In this document: positions 33,420 through 45,601 of the stretch, piece after piece
How positions within the stretch are numbered: the stretch's first letter is position 1
Layout: every line of letters starts with the position of its first letter
DNA from: Psammoneis japonica
Taxonomy: Eukaryota
Direction of reading: 5' to 3'
NCBI GenBank assembly: GCA_008632985.1
Contig: QPGO01000217.1
Coordinates: 62,001 to 114,993, forward strand
Length of the DNA: 52,993 bases
Program-made: the position numbers and the translations under genes
Notes under the pieces: generated by a model
Told to the model about the DNA's origin: nothing
The model's database searches: none
Seen by the model: the letters and a program-made list of their open reading frames with translations, nothing else

Positions 33420-36400
33420 TCACTGCTCGAGAAGGCCAGAGCAAGCATACAGGGCGACAGGCTCTGTGACGCCTTTTAGAGCCCTCATTCCTTGGCTTTG
33501 CAGCGTTACAGAACCCCCAAGAGCAGGAGGAATTGGCTCTACTATTTCTGGATCAACGTGTGGAACTCCAAGATAGACTTCTCCTGCATTAGCAGCTCCA
33601 GCAACACGGGCCGCACGATTCACAACCGGGCCGTAGTAATCAGCTCTTCCCGTAGTAGGATGAGGGCCCATACGAGTAAAACGATCGGCGACAATCCCTA
33701 CTTTCACAAGATGAGAAGTGTCTACGCAAGGATTTAACAAGGCGGTAGTGCGGACACTCTCCAGGAGCATCAATCCAAACTGCACGGCTGCCAATGGAGT
33801 ATTAAAGGCAGTCATCCATATGCCTCGGTCTTCTTTACACTCGTACCCGTTCGTTTTGTGCAAGAGAGGCCTCAACAACTTCCCCAGGATTGATAGTGTT
33901 GCATTGAATATTGCATCATCGTCCAACTTTTCTAAACCAGGAGAGTAGATAAAAGCAATGGTCACACTGTTGTCCTTGTGGGGAGCATCATGGAATGATG
34001 GAGATAGCTGCCGTTTGGATAGGATAGGAGGAAAGAGCCTTCCGCGTAGTGCTGTTGCATTCTTCTTTCCTAATCCAGTTTCCTCAGCTGGCGCGGTTCC
34101 TTGGAGCGCTGCCGAAAAATCATAGGCAAACTCAGATGGTACGAGCTGTAATATGCGCTTGGAAATAATACCCTCGGAGAGACTATTTCCAGTAATGACA
34201 ATATGCTCGCCTAAGTCCAGCACCTGTGGCGAGCCCAGAGATTCCGGAACGGAAGATGCTATTCTCCATGCATCGACGGTCACAAGGATTTGACTGCCGT
34301 GACACATGGCTTCGACGTTTTTGGTCAATCGCGCCGCAAGGCCTGAGTATCGCACACGCCCAGTGACTTCGTGCTCGCCCGTATTTGCCGCTCCATGGTG
34401 GATGCCGATTCGTACACGAAGCCCTCGAAGTGACTTTCGTGGATCCTCTGAGGCCTCTGGCATCTCCAACAGTGGTCGTGGCCATTCGGCCCAGTAGAGC
34501 TTAGATTGTACTTTAAGGGCAAAGGAGACGGCATCAAACGGATCGTGAAAGGCCAAAAGAAACGCATCGCCCTCCGTCGTGATTTCATATCCCCAACTTT
34601 CAGCGCAGCATTTTCGCATGATGCTATCATGTATCTTCAGAGCATCTTCCATAATAGGAGCATTCTTTTCCCAGAGCACTGTAGAATGTTGGATATCAGT
34701 GAAAACAAAGGTGACTTCCCCTGTTGGCGCAGAGAGCTTATCTGCATCAAGACGCAAGCTTATTTGCTGGCGCTCTTCCTCCAGTCGCTTTATTTCTCGC
34801 TTTAGTCCCCAGTTTTCAAATGTCTGAGATATAATGCGTGCAATGCTGTTGGTCTGGAGCTCATGAGCCTTACCAAAATCGGGACGTGGCTTGAAGTCAA
34901 ACATACAGAGCATTGCAATAACATGACCCTTAGCACTCAGGATCGGACATCCCACATACGAGCGAATGAACTTGAGGTCTCTGTACATGGTGAAGGCTTC
35001 ATCTTCCCACAAGTCATGAACCACAAATATTCGCTTGGAATGGATCGGATAGTTGCACACAGCATTACCGCGTCCCCTCTGGCCCAGGAACGGAGCACCC
35101 ACTGAATCCTTGATCAGTATCTCCTCCACAAATTCGTCACACTGAGCCTTTTGATGTTCTGTGAGACCACTGCTGAATGGACAAAACGCAAACTCTTTGG
35201 CATGGTTGTGGTAACTTATTTGTGCCAAGGGCATGCGGAACATTTGTGCGGCAGTCGCGATGAGATTTCGGAGAGACATGAAATCGGGTCCATCCGGGTC
35301 CATTTTGTGCAATTCCAGTGCTTCCACAGCCGCCACACGCTCCATGTCATTTCTCCCGATCGGCGGCCGGGGCATACCTGAGGCATCTACCGCGGCAAAT
35401 AAGTCTGGGGGAAGATGCCCCTGCTCTTCGGGTGACGCCAAATCAGTTTTGAAAACAGGCAGCAGGGAAGAGTTGCGGGGCTTGCCACCTGCTTTTATTT
35501 CTTCTGGACTTGGGTAGTCGTTGTAAGTGGGAGCCGCGAGCAATTGTGTCTTTAGAATTGGCTCTATGGGACCACACCCAGGGAGCACAATCTCATCGTC
35601 ACTGCTACCTGCAGAGGTACTGGCAATCTGTGTTTTAAGCTTCCGACTACGCTCTTGTAGTGTCAGTCGCTCTTCCAGAGTGCGCTCAGCAATGGCAGCC
35701 AGTCGTCGAAGCATAGCGATTTGATGATCCCTATCTTCTTCATTCGCAATCTCAGCCACCTGACAGAGCGCCCCAACTCGCTTCCCATCCTTGTCCTTTA
35801 GTACATGACCAATATAAGTCGGCCCAAAAGGATTCCCTTGTGGTAGATCTTTAATCAAAGTGTCTCTGGACGGATCGTGCACCAAGTAGTAGCAAACGCT
35901 ATCCTTATGGGGTAAGTAGGCGATTCGTCGATCCGTGTAGCTGGAACCATCGCCACCGCGGCGTCGAACACTGATAGGATGCTGGGCATCCTTAAGAATC
36001 AGATTGACCGCTGCAAATGTGGCTCTCGGATTGGCAGACAAGACATCTTGTGCCAGCTGGTCAAATGGCTCCACTTGATCATCCGGGGTATCAATATCTA
36101 GGTCGAAAAGGGCTGCAGCTTCAAAATACTCCGGGATATCTTGAATTTCTTGTTGTGCTTGATCATCAGGATGGTTCTGTGATGGTTCTGCAGTTGCTGT
36201 GGGTGACTCTACTAGCTTCGACTGCTCTTCTTTTCGCGCACGGCGAAGAGCATTCGTCAGCACTTTTCGGTGCAGCTTGGACTTAATTTCCAACTCGTCA
36301 AAGATGTCGCTCAACTCCTCATCCTGACCTTCTAAATTAATGCCTGCTAACAAATCACCGTCAACACCATTGTCTATTAAAGCCTGTGCATAGACCTCAC

Positions 36401-36470
36401 ATTTGGAGCCCTGGGCTGCAACAGCAGAAGCAACGTCTTCCTTGGAGAGCGTCGAAAGATTGGACCCCAT
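33420..36470 (-). CDS. Soluble class III nucleotidyl (probably adenylate) cyclase: SAM-like + two GAF-like + two cyclase homology domains
   Basis: Intact ~1016-aa intronless ORF from MGSNLS. SAM-like DNGVDGDLL..ELEIKSKLHRKVL; GAF motifs (VCYY..YIGHVL..VGALC; VCNY..VVHDL..IRSYVGCPI..LCMFDFKPR); cyclase motifs VFTDIQHST..TEGDAF..RVRIGIHHG and GRADYYGPVVNRAARV..LKGV. Confidence 0.9.
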   Translation of the reverse strand: MGSNLSTLSKEDVASAVAAQGSKCEVYAQALIDNGVDGDLLAGINLEGQDEELSDIFDELEIKSKLHRKVLTNALRRARKEEQSKLVESPTATAEPSQNHPDDQAQQEIQDIPEYFEAAALFDLDIDTPDDQVEPFDQLAQDVLSANPRATFAAVNLILKDAQHPISVRRRGGDGSSYTDRRIAYLPHKDSVCYYLVHDPSRDTLIKDLPQGNPFGPTYIGHVLKDKDGKRVGALCQVAEIANEEDRDHQIAMLRRLAAIAERTLEERLTLQERSRKLKTQIASTSAGSSDDEIVLPGCGPIEPILKTQLLAAPTYNDYPSPEEIKAGGKPRNSSLLPVFKTDLASPEEQGHLPPDLFAAVDASGMPRPPIGRNDMERVAAVEALELHKMDPDGPDFMSLRNLIATAAQMFRMPLAQISYHNHAKEFAFCPFSSGLTEHQKAQCDEFVEEILIKDSVGAPFLGQRGRGNAVCNYPIHSKRIFVVHDLWEDEAFTMYRDLKFIRSYVGCPILSAKGHVIAMLCMFDFKPRPDFGKAHELQTNSIARIISQTFENWGLKREIKRLEEERQQISLRLDADKLSAPTGEVTFVFTDIQHSTVLWEKNAPIMEDALKIHDSIMRKCCAESWGYEITTEGDAFLLAFHDPFDAVSFALKVQSKLYWAEWPRPLLEMPEASEDPRKSLRGLRVRIGIHHGAANTGEHEVTGRVRYSGLAARLTKNVEAMCHGSQILVTVDAWRIASSVPESLGSPQVLDLGEHIVITGNSLSEGIISKRILQLVPSEFAYDFSAALQGTAPAEETGLGKKNATALRGRLFPPILSKRQLSPSFHDAPHKDNSVTIAFIYSPGLEKLDDDAIFNATLSILGKLLRPLLHKTNGYECKEDRGIWMTAFNTPLAAVQFGLMLLESVRTTALLNPCVDTSHLVKVGIVADRFTRMGPHPTTGRADYYGPVVNRAARVAGAANAGEVYLGVPHVDPEIVEPIPPALGGSVTLQSQGMRALKGVTEPVALYACSGLLEQ

Positions 36471-38415
36471 GATTGATTTCAGCTTTTGTTCCTCTTTTAT
36501 GAATTGCAAAAGAACTGAAAGTCACAGACTTTTTCGAGCTAGAGTAGTAGACATTACACCGATGCCAGCTTGATTTAGATCCGTGGCTCTGGTGCTTAGT
36601 TCAATGGTGAAACATGCACTTGGGGAGTCACTCAGAGATTGGATGTCCTTTTTTCTGATGCCGTGTCTGTGCAGGATTGCTTGGCGGCTTTTCGTCGTGG
36701 CACTGGTCGTGGCACACCGTACAGTAGCAGAGGGTGGCTGTTGTCAACATGTCGAACTGCCCCCGCTCGTCCGACGCGGCCACTCTAGCAGCAAGTAGAT
36801 TGTTGAGCAGTGTGCGCACATTGGCTCCAAGGCAAGGCCGGTTCGTCTGTTGGTCAACTTTTTCCAACGTTGCTGCAAAGGGTTGTTTTGCGTGAGGACC
36901 ATGCATCAGTCCTGTTGCGCAAAAACCATGGAAACATTTAAGAAAGAACAAGGTTTCAGAAACACAGCAGGCTTTTTGCGTCTTTTCATTTTTGGAAAGG
37001 AACAGATGGAAGCAGCATCTCTCTTTTGCAAAACGAGGAAGCAAAATGCCACAGCAGTTGCCAAAGAGGCTGCATCCATGATGACATCAACAGCAATGCT
37101 GCCATTTCCCTTCACACGGAGCACTTTTTGACACATCGCATTCCAGCAAGTGGTGGCATTCCTTTGCTCTTGCTGCTTCTCAAAACCACAAGGGTGGGGC
37201 CATGGTTTTGCGCCGTTCATCCAGAGAAGTCATGAGTCTGAATCACTTGCCCGACGTGCGATCATCCAAAAGAGGCACGCACACTGCTCCCATCCAATGT
37301 TTCTCACACAAATCCAGTGCTCCACCTTGCGCCCTCCATTCTCAAGCTCTGCGGCTGTTTGATTCTGCAGCGCTGCGCCATCTGCAGCGCGCTGCGCCAT
37401 CTCAAAGAGCTCATGGTGCCTCTTGGGAGCACTGCATTTGGATGATTTGTGGGGAAGTTAGCCACCAGTGATGTGCTGCACTGGGAGATGCGGCTGCCAT
37501 GCTCCGGCTGTCTTGAAACACAAAGGATGGCTCGGAAGGGAATCATGCAGTGGAGCAGTGCTGCTGGTGTGCAGTGTGGAACTCCTGATGTCAGCTTTCC
37601 ACGAACAGATGTCAATGTCAGGAATTGGCTTTTATGAGAAGAAGACAACCTCTGTTTCACTGCGCACTGTGAGCCAAATCATGCACCAACCACTCTTTTC
37701 ATGTGAATTGGTCACGGATCATTCCCACCAGAAAATGAAAGAAGATTCGACAGACAGCTGCTGCACACACAGCCTCCGTGCTGCCACTTTTTCGTTGCGA
37801 CTGACCACCCTTGGTGCGTGGCTTGCTCTCGAGCAGCAGAGGCTTTTTTCTTTTTTTTTAAAGAAGGCAGGGAGTTTGAATCTTCCTGAACCATCGGCTG
37901 TCATTTTTTTCATGAATCTTTGTTGAATCTCTCACTGCAATTCACAAGCAAAGAAATCCTTGGCTGTGACCTGAGTCGCAAGTGCAAACTCAAGCCTGAA
38001 CCCAGCGCAGCTTGGTTGTCAAATGATGACGACACGTGGTTCTAAGGAAGACCAGTTTTGGTGGGTCCTCCATGTGCATGCTGCACGCACTGCAGCAGTT
38101 TTTTTTGTGATGGGACCGGCAGCACACTTCATCAGAAGAATGAATCTCTCAAAAGAAGCAACAGAGACAGAAGAACTCTGTTTTTTTCTCTTTTCAGCCA
38201 CGGAGGCAGTCATCCCTCTCAGCTGAATGAGCCATGGTCACTGATTTTTTCACAAAAGAGAGGAGCATTGAGGGGAGAGTTCATTTCTTCTTCTGTTGCT
38301 CTTGCTTTTCTTCTGCAGCAAGGCATCTTTGTCCCAAGCTTCATCTCTTTCACTGAACAGAACCCTGAATGGACACACCATTCTTCTCTGTGCATTGAAC
38401 TGAACAATCAGAATC

Positions 38416-38793
38416 ATGAGCTCCAGCAGCAGCAGCAAGAGCAGCTGCACTGCAAAGGATGACAGTGACAATGACAGCAATGGCTTCAAGGTGCTGCTCC
38501 CAGGCGCTTCTGGGTCAGGCCCTTTTGCCGCAATTCAAGCATGGATGACCACCTTCACAGCCTCACACAAAGAAGCCGAGATCACCTTTGATTCCACAGG
38601 CTCCAGTTCTGCACAACAAGCCTTGTGGGGCAACATTGACTGTCGGTCCAAACCCATTGCCGCGTCATGTGCCGACTGTGATCCCTTTGCCGGACGACCC
38701 AACAAAGAAGCCAATGCTCCGCACTTTGCCGATCGCACCTTGTGGGGCATTGGAGATGCTCCCTTTGGCAATGCAATCTACGACGACACCTGA
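38416..38793 (+). pseudogene. Fragment of a PstS-like periplasmic-binding-protein domain gene
   Basis: GASGSGPF.AIQAWM..F...ITFDSTGSSSAQ..WGIGDAP resembles the N-terminus of PstS-type phosphate-binding domains. Truncated and embedded in TpA-depleted DNA. Confidence 0.5.
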
Positions 38794-39721
38794 GCTTGAT
38801 CCTTTCATTGGCTTGAGATGCACAAAAACAAAACCCAAAAATGTTGCAACTGCTGTGCACGACAACAAGGCTTGCAAAAAGCATTCAAGGGTCCACAGCT
38901 CAACTGGCTGGCAACTCATGCAGGGTGACAACTTTGTCGACCATCATCTTGTCTCTGGGAGTTTTGCTCTTGCTGCGCACAAAAAGCAAATCTTTTGTGC
39001 AGAGTTTCTGGCTGTTTTTGCAAAGCTGGTTTGTCACTGCCCTTGCTTGTTTCCAGTCAACATCTCTTTTTAGCTTGCTTTGTGAAACATCTTGTTTCCT
39101 GGCTGGTGCTGGCATTGTTTCGTGGATGAAAAGAGTGCAAGCGCAACTCTCTGCAAGCTGTGGAAGGGAGCATCTGAGAAGAAAGTGTGCCCCCTGGTTT
39201 GCAACAAAAAAGTGGTGCAAATGGCAGCTGCATTGAAGAGAATGCTTTTCACTGCTCTTCAAGCAAGAGGCAACAGTCAGGAACAAATTGACAAGTGGGG
39301 GTGCTGATGCTGCTGCACACTTGCTCCCTTTTTTGTAAAAGTCTGGAGCAAAAAGTGAGAGGGGGGAGGTGGGCGATGCCCTTGGGGAAGAATGGATGCC
39401 AGTGATTGCACTGGTGTTCTGGCATGTCCACACAGTGCTTTTGGCAAGTTTGTGTGCCCTGGTTTGTTTGTTTCACAGAGTGGCTTGCCAAGGAAAATTT
39501 GGCAGCTCAGTTTGTTCTTCTTGTTGTTCAAAAATTCTCAGCTGAGGAACCAAAGAGGCTGGTGCAATTTTCTTTCTGGAACTCCTGAGAATTTTGACAC
39601 CATTGAAACAGGGCAAGTGCAATCTTCTCTGGACCTTGCCATGACAAAAGGAGCTTCGCTGCCTCAAGTCATTTTGGTTGCATGTCAACTTGGAAGAACT
39701 GCCATCCATCAACTGACTCGA

Positions 39722-39822
39722 AAAGCTTGCAGATTGACTGGCCAGAGGTGTGAGAGCTTGTAGGAGGAACAAATTTTAGAATGAGACGCTTGTAAAATGC
39801 TGCAACGAGTGACTGAGAAATG
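39722..39822 (+). repeat. Dispersed ~90-100-bp direct repeat; second copy at 47289-47378
   Basis: GATTGACTGGCCAGAGGTG..GAGGAACAAATTT.AGAATGAGAC..CAACGAGTGACTGAGAAA is present in both. Confidence 0.8.
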
Positions 39823-40571
39823 CAGCCACACCTTTTTACAATGGCGCACTTGCATTTTCTTCACAATGCAATGTTTTGTTTTACAAACTGATTGTGACAG
39901 AGAAAATTCTGTAATTTAAGAACCCCAAAACAAGAAGAACTCCAAGAAAGGGAAGGGCTCCGAGAAAGAGCCAGGGTTCAAAAAGAAAGTGATGAAGAAA
40001 AAATGAAAAGAAGGGACTTGCCAGATGGCAAAGGCAACAAAAGCAGGCAGTGGCAACGGCAAGAAAAAATTCAAGGGCAAAATTAGCAAAGATGACAGCA
40101 CACCACTGCCAGGAAATGCCACAGATGAACCAGGCAGAGAAGTGAACACTGCAAAGGAAAAAGCCACCAACAAAACAGGCAATGAGCTGGCTGGAGGAAA
40201 TCAAGGAGGATGAACACTTGGCCAAGGAATTGCTCAGATGCAGGAAGTGCAAAAACAAGTGTCTCGCACTTTGGGACATGGGAAAAAAAATGTGGGAACC
40301 AGAAATGAACATCAGCAAACAGTTGATGGAGGAGTGTTGGAAAAGAGCACCAGAGGATGAGGCAAGGTGGGACGCCAACTGACAACAGGAGATGTGGACA
40401 TGCTGTGCATGCAAGGAACAATGGGAGAATGGAGTGGCACCTTGCATTGACTGTGGAATCAAGTGCCACAAGATGTGCTTGTTGCAGTTGGACAACAAAA
40501 AGCACCAGTGCTGCAGCTGCACCCAGCCAAAGGACAGGCAAAGAACCACAAGCAAACATTGAGCTTTGTGC

Positions 40572-40886
40572 AAAGAGAATTTGTGAATTGCAAACAAAAA
40601 CAGTGGCATTGGAAAAAATGTTGAACAACAAGTGAGTTTGTGCAATGCACCATTTGGCAGCAAATGGGACAAAAAAGAGTGTCTGTGCACCTCACTGCAG
40701 CCCCAAAATGGCATTAGCCATCAGATGTGACAGTCATCTGCATCGCTGGTGCCGCAGCCCCACCACCCTGTTGCCACAATGCCAGCCCCTGTGGCAGGGC
40801 CTTGCACATGCACAGGCAATGAAGCATGCAATGGCACACACACACACACACACAAAGAAAGACAAGTGGTCAATGCTCCCCGCAGG
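40572..40886 (+). repeat. Dispersed repeat, copy 2 of 22090-22404
   Basis: Same shared sequence blocks and the same 3' breakpoint as copy 1. Confidence 0.8.
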
Positions 40887-43019
40887 CCTGGTCCATTTCT
40901 TAGTGGATCGTGTCATTCCTGCTTGGATGCAGGGATCTCTGTCAGGTTGTGAGCAATGCTTGCACAAACGTGCAAGCAGGGCTCCTCCACCACTGCGCAG
41001 ACAACACAAACACCACCTTGCTTGTTTGCATCATTGTTGTTTGTTTTTGTGGCTGCTTGTGTGAGTTTTGGCACACACTCTCTCTCTGTGCATCATCACA
41101 CTCTTGTTGGTTTTGTGCTGCTGAGAACTGACACACACTGCCCCCCTGGTGTGACATTGATGAATTTTGTTGGTTGTCACCTTTCACCATGGCACCTGCT
41201 GACAACACCCACTCCAAAATGGCATCATCATGGCGGGCCACATTGTTGTCCCTGCAAGCCACCCTCTTGCTGAAGTCGGCCAATGGAACATCAGTCACTG
41301 CCACTCCCGCAGAGCTGACCTGCCTGTCAACTCCTGCTGATGCAGTTGCTGCCAAGTCACACTCCCATTCATCACCAACAGCAGAGGATGCTGTCAAGGC
41401 CAAAGCAACTGCTGCAGCACACCAGATGAGGGAGTTGCACCCCCTCCGATGCCTCCGGCAGACACCACCCTGTGTTGCAACAGCTCCTTCCCCAACTGCC
41501 ACCCCACTTGCCAGCTGCCCCATGGATGGCTCAACATGCCAGCTGACATGCCACCACCACCAGCTGAACCTCCAGAGCCACCTCATTTGCCACCAACCTC
41601 AACTGAGGACCTTCTCTCCATGTGCAAGATGCAGCTCATTTCCACGATTGCTCAGATTGAGGGGCAAAAAAAGGCCCTTGACGAGTCTGCAGATGATGTT
41701 TCCAAGCTGTGTCATGAAGTCCAAGAATTGTGCAACATGACAAACTCCAACAGCGCTGCCATGATGGATCTTGGACACTCTCATGATTTTGCCATTTTGA
41801 AGTGCAAACCCAAATGGTGGCCACCGCTGCCAAAGCCACAGCTCTTGCTGGTGATGTGGCGAGCAAAGCTGTTGCTTCATGTGACGCTCAATTTTTGGCA
41901 GCACTTGACAAGAAGACAGCCCCAGCATGCAAGGCTGTGGAGGCCACTGTTCTCAACTGTGTGTGCAAAACCACGGCTGTTGCCCAAAACAACTTGGAGT
42001 CCTTTGTGGCTGAACAAACCCATTGGCTGGAATCAGCTGCATCGGATGCAGCCCGAGTGGTGGGTGATCACATTGGGTCTGCCCACAAAAATCCCAGGCT
42101 TGCACCCAGGGGGGGGGGGGGGGGGCATCAAACAACAGAACAATGAGCTGGCTGTGACACTCACTCATTTGGAAACCACCAAGGCCAAAACTGAGGTGGC
42201 CATTCAGAATGGTCTTGCTGTGGTGTGAACACCATGACGGGCACTCTGGAGGGCTGTGAGAAATGTTGCTGCATCATCCATGTCACCACCATCCAACCCT
42301 GTGCCCCTTCATTGACCAGCCACCCTGACTCCCACTTCATCACAAAAGACCGCCTGGCCAACAAGCTCGTGGACCAGCTGGACGTCCTCCAAGCACAGCT
42401 CACATCCCAGAAAGATGCCACACAGGTGCAGGCTGGGCAGGTTGAGACAGCTGCCAATGTTTCAGAGGCTGCTCTTTGTGTGGTGGCTGGGATTCAAAAG
42501 GAGCTTGGCAAATGTTGACAGTCTCTCCCTCCTCCGGATGTGGCCGCAGCTCCCTCTCCTCCCCATCCGAGTCCTGCAGCTGCAGGATGCAGATGCAGGG
42601 ATGTCTGTCATCATTTTTAATTTTCCCCTTCATGCACGCACCCACCTGCTGACACGCGAGTGTGCGAAGAATGCAACAGATTCACTTCAATGTTGAAGTT
42701 CATCATGAACCTGTTCATTGACAAACACAGCACATGCTCCAGACAGACAATCGTCACACGTGTGCTTGTGCATGCAGCACATGCACAGCATGCATTTTTT
42801 GCATCAAGAGAACACGCGAGCTTGCCACGTAGAAAAAGCACGTGTGGCTGCATGTGCGGTGAGACATCCGTCTGGCTTGATGGTCACATGATGGTCACAA
42901 GTCACAAGGACTTGGCAAGGTTGCCAACAAACGATTCCCTGCAGAGCCTGTTGCATCATGTTCCGTGGATCGTCTCCAATCTCCTTTCATTCTCTTGGTG
43001 GAGACAACAAACAATTGTC

Positions 43020-44590
43020 ATGATGCCTTGTTGGCTGCAGTCGTTTGTCCTTGTCGCAGTCTCAAGTGTGGCTGTTCGTCATTTGGCGGTGCAAGCGGCC
43101 GCTTGCGGCGAGCAGTGTTCCATGGATGCCGAGTGCACTGATGGGCTTTGCACACTTGGTGTTGGTTGCTGCAAGTGCGACTCCACTTCTGGGGTGTGCA
43201 CACAAGATGCTTTTCCAGGTGTTGTGTGTCCTGAAGATGGCAATCTTGACAGAGGCTGCAAGCAGCCGGGTGACATTTGCGACGAAGGAATTTGTTCCAG
43301 CGCTCTTGGTTGCACGTGTTCATCATTTGGGTCATGTTTTCTTGATGAAGATTTCAATGGAGTTTGCACCTCTGGCACTGCAAACTGCAAGCAGGGCTTG
43401 TGTGGCCCAGGTGCTCAGTTCCATGGTGAGTGCTGCTGTGTTGCCAACATCTTTTGCGGTGGCAGTGCGTGTGCAGGTTTTGCGGCAGACGGCGATGTCA
43501 ATGGGGCATGCCTTGGCGGCAACACCTGCAATGTTGGGTGCTGCTCGACCAACGCCTGCTGCTGCAGCTTTTCAAAATGCACCCCCATTCTGCAGGGGAC
43601 GGCTCCAATTCCAAGCAATGCAGAAAGCTGCTCCTCCTTTTTTTCCACCATTGGCAAACCTTGCAACTCGGGCAATCTTTGTTCGAGTGGTGTGTGCAAC
43701 ACACAGATCCCAAATTCCTTGTTTGACCCAAACAATGTTTTTTGTGTGTGTGACCCCGCCGGCTTGCCGATGCAACGGGTGCAAATGATGGCAATGCAGG
43801 ACAGAATTGTGAGTCAGGCAACTGCGCCAGAGGCTTGTGTTCGGGGGCAAATTGTGTCTGCAATGCCAGTGCTTGTGTGTTGGCAGGACAGCGTGGCTGT
43901 GAGTGCCACCCCAGTGCAGAACCAGGGCCACCTTGCAATGAGGCCCTTCTGTGCTGCACCAAACCGCCACTCTTTGGACCCAACTTGGGATCTGGTGTCT
44001 GTCTGGACGCTTGTGTGGCAAGTCAAAACCCCAGCAAAACTCCCAGCAGGGAACCTTCCAAGGTTCCGTCTTTGGAACCATCTGAGGTGCCATCAATGGA
44101 ACCATCAGTGGAGCCATCAGAGGTGCCATCAATGGAACCATCAGAGTTGCCACCGGTGTCATCTGCCCCCAGCAATGAGCCATCGGATGTTCCTTCCGTT
44201 TCAGCAGAACCAAGCCGACAGCCGAGTGACCAACCTTCTTTGTCACCGTCGTCCATGCCTTCCACCTTGTCATCCTTTGTGCCGTCAAGCAATCCAACAG
44301 GAGCCATGTGTGGCAATTTCCCTTGTTCGGATGATTCAGACAGCAAGGAAAAGGCTCTGGTTTGTTCAAACTGCAAGACGAAGTGTGCTGATAAAGACAA
44401 GGTGGACGAAAAGTTTTTCGGTTTGAGCAACAATCCGAGTTCACACTGTGGACCTTGCAAGGGAGAAACTGCTTGCATCGACCATCCTTGCACCAAAGGA
44501 TCTCGCTTGGCCATGGACAAGGTGTGAGTGTGTGACAGGAGAAAGCCAAGCAAGCCAAAAACCAAGTGTGTGAAACCCAGCAAGGTGGAG
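43020..44590 (+). pseudogene. Degraded secreted Cys-rich / PSxxPS mucin-like cell-surface protein gene
   Basis: Signal-like MMPCWLQSFVLVAVSSVA, then Cys-rich repeats. After a frameshift near 43770 come [26 protein letters not shown] tandem repeats and a Cys/Lys-rich tail. TpA is nearly absent. Confidence 0.6.
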
Positions 44591-45526
44591 AAAATCCTCA
44601 AAAAATGTGGCGGCAATTGCAGTTTATGTGATGAGACCAGGAGGAACATGTTTGTCCCGTCTGGACAGGGAATGAAGTTCATCATTGCAGTGAGGTGGAA
44701 GAGGGAGCTCTGAAGATCTCAAATCGGAGAGGGCATGGTTCGACAGAATTTGCTGGAAGGGGGGCGTTTTTGGCAATGGCAATGCCAACCCCAAAAATTT
44801 ATTTTCTTCTCTCCTTGTGCCAGCTGGATGTCTTTCCCAAAGCGAGTGCATGGCATGTGTTGTTCGTGATGTTCTTCATTCCTCCTCCAGGGTTCTGTGC
44901 CACACTTCCAGCTGGAGCCATCCAACTTTGAACCCAGAATGCAGCCTCTCAAAGGAAGTCGAGGCTTCAAGATGTCTGCCATGACACCGCCACCAAATTG
45001 AAGGAAGGTTCCAAGCTTCGTGTCATGGTCCATTGTGCAGTCAAAGCCAGTGACTTGATCTTTCACCTTTTCAACAATTCCTGACTTGTGATGCTGCCAC
45101 TGACCAATTTTCATCTTGACAAGATCAGCATGCTCTGTGGGATCTCAGTTGTTTGTTCATCATCAAGCCCAAGGATTTCTGATGGTGAGATTGTCCAGTT
45201 GTGGCTTTTGGGGGGTTCTTGATGTCTTTGCATCACCATCACCCCAACTCCACCTGGAGCAGCAAGGGATCATGAGCTCAAAATGACAGGGATTGGACAG
45301 CCCCCATTGCACTCCCCATGAGAGAAAAACAAAACAATTGAACAACCATTTGCCCTTCTCCAACTTGGAAACTGTTTTGCTTGGTGCGCCTGCATTGCTC
45401 AAGTTTCGTCTTGTGTTTGCTGACTGTGTCAACAAGAGTGTTGCCAGGATGACATCTCAGTGGTCTTTCTGGGCACATGCTTGTGCCAGCATGATTCATT
45501 GAATGGTCATCATTTGTCTGTCTGGA

Positions 45527-45601
45527 CAGCATGTGAGTGCCACTTTGGTGATTGACAATCTGTCTTGGCAGCATGAGTGCCACTTTGGCAACTGATGATC
45601 T
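45527..45601 (+). repeat. Short tandem duplication (~35-bp unit)
   Basis: CAGCATGTGAGTGCCACTTTGGTGATTGACAATCT / CAGCATGAGTGCCACTTTGGCAACTGATGATCT; the differences include reciprocal TG/CA pairs. Confidence 0.7.

Noticed and set aside
1..38793. Functional phosphate or cAMP gene cluster (PhoX, phosphoesterase, PstS fragment, cyclase, bZIP)
   Set aside because: Genes are dispersed, mixed in orientation and separated by TEs in a eukaryote; there is no evidence of co-regulation.
44030..44260. Short direct repeats as a CRISPR-like array
   Set aside because: Coding PSxxPS tandem repeats without unique spacers; no cas genes.
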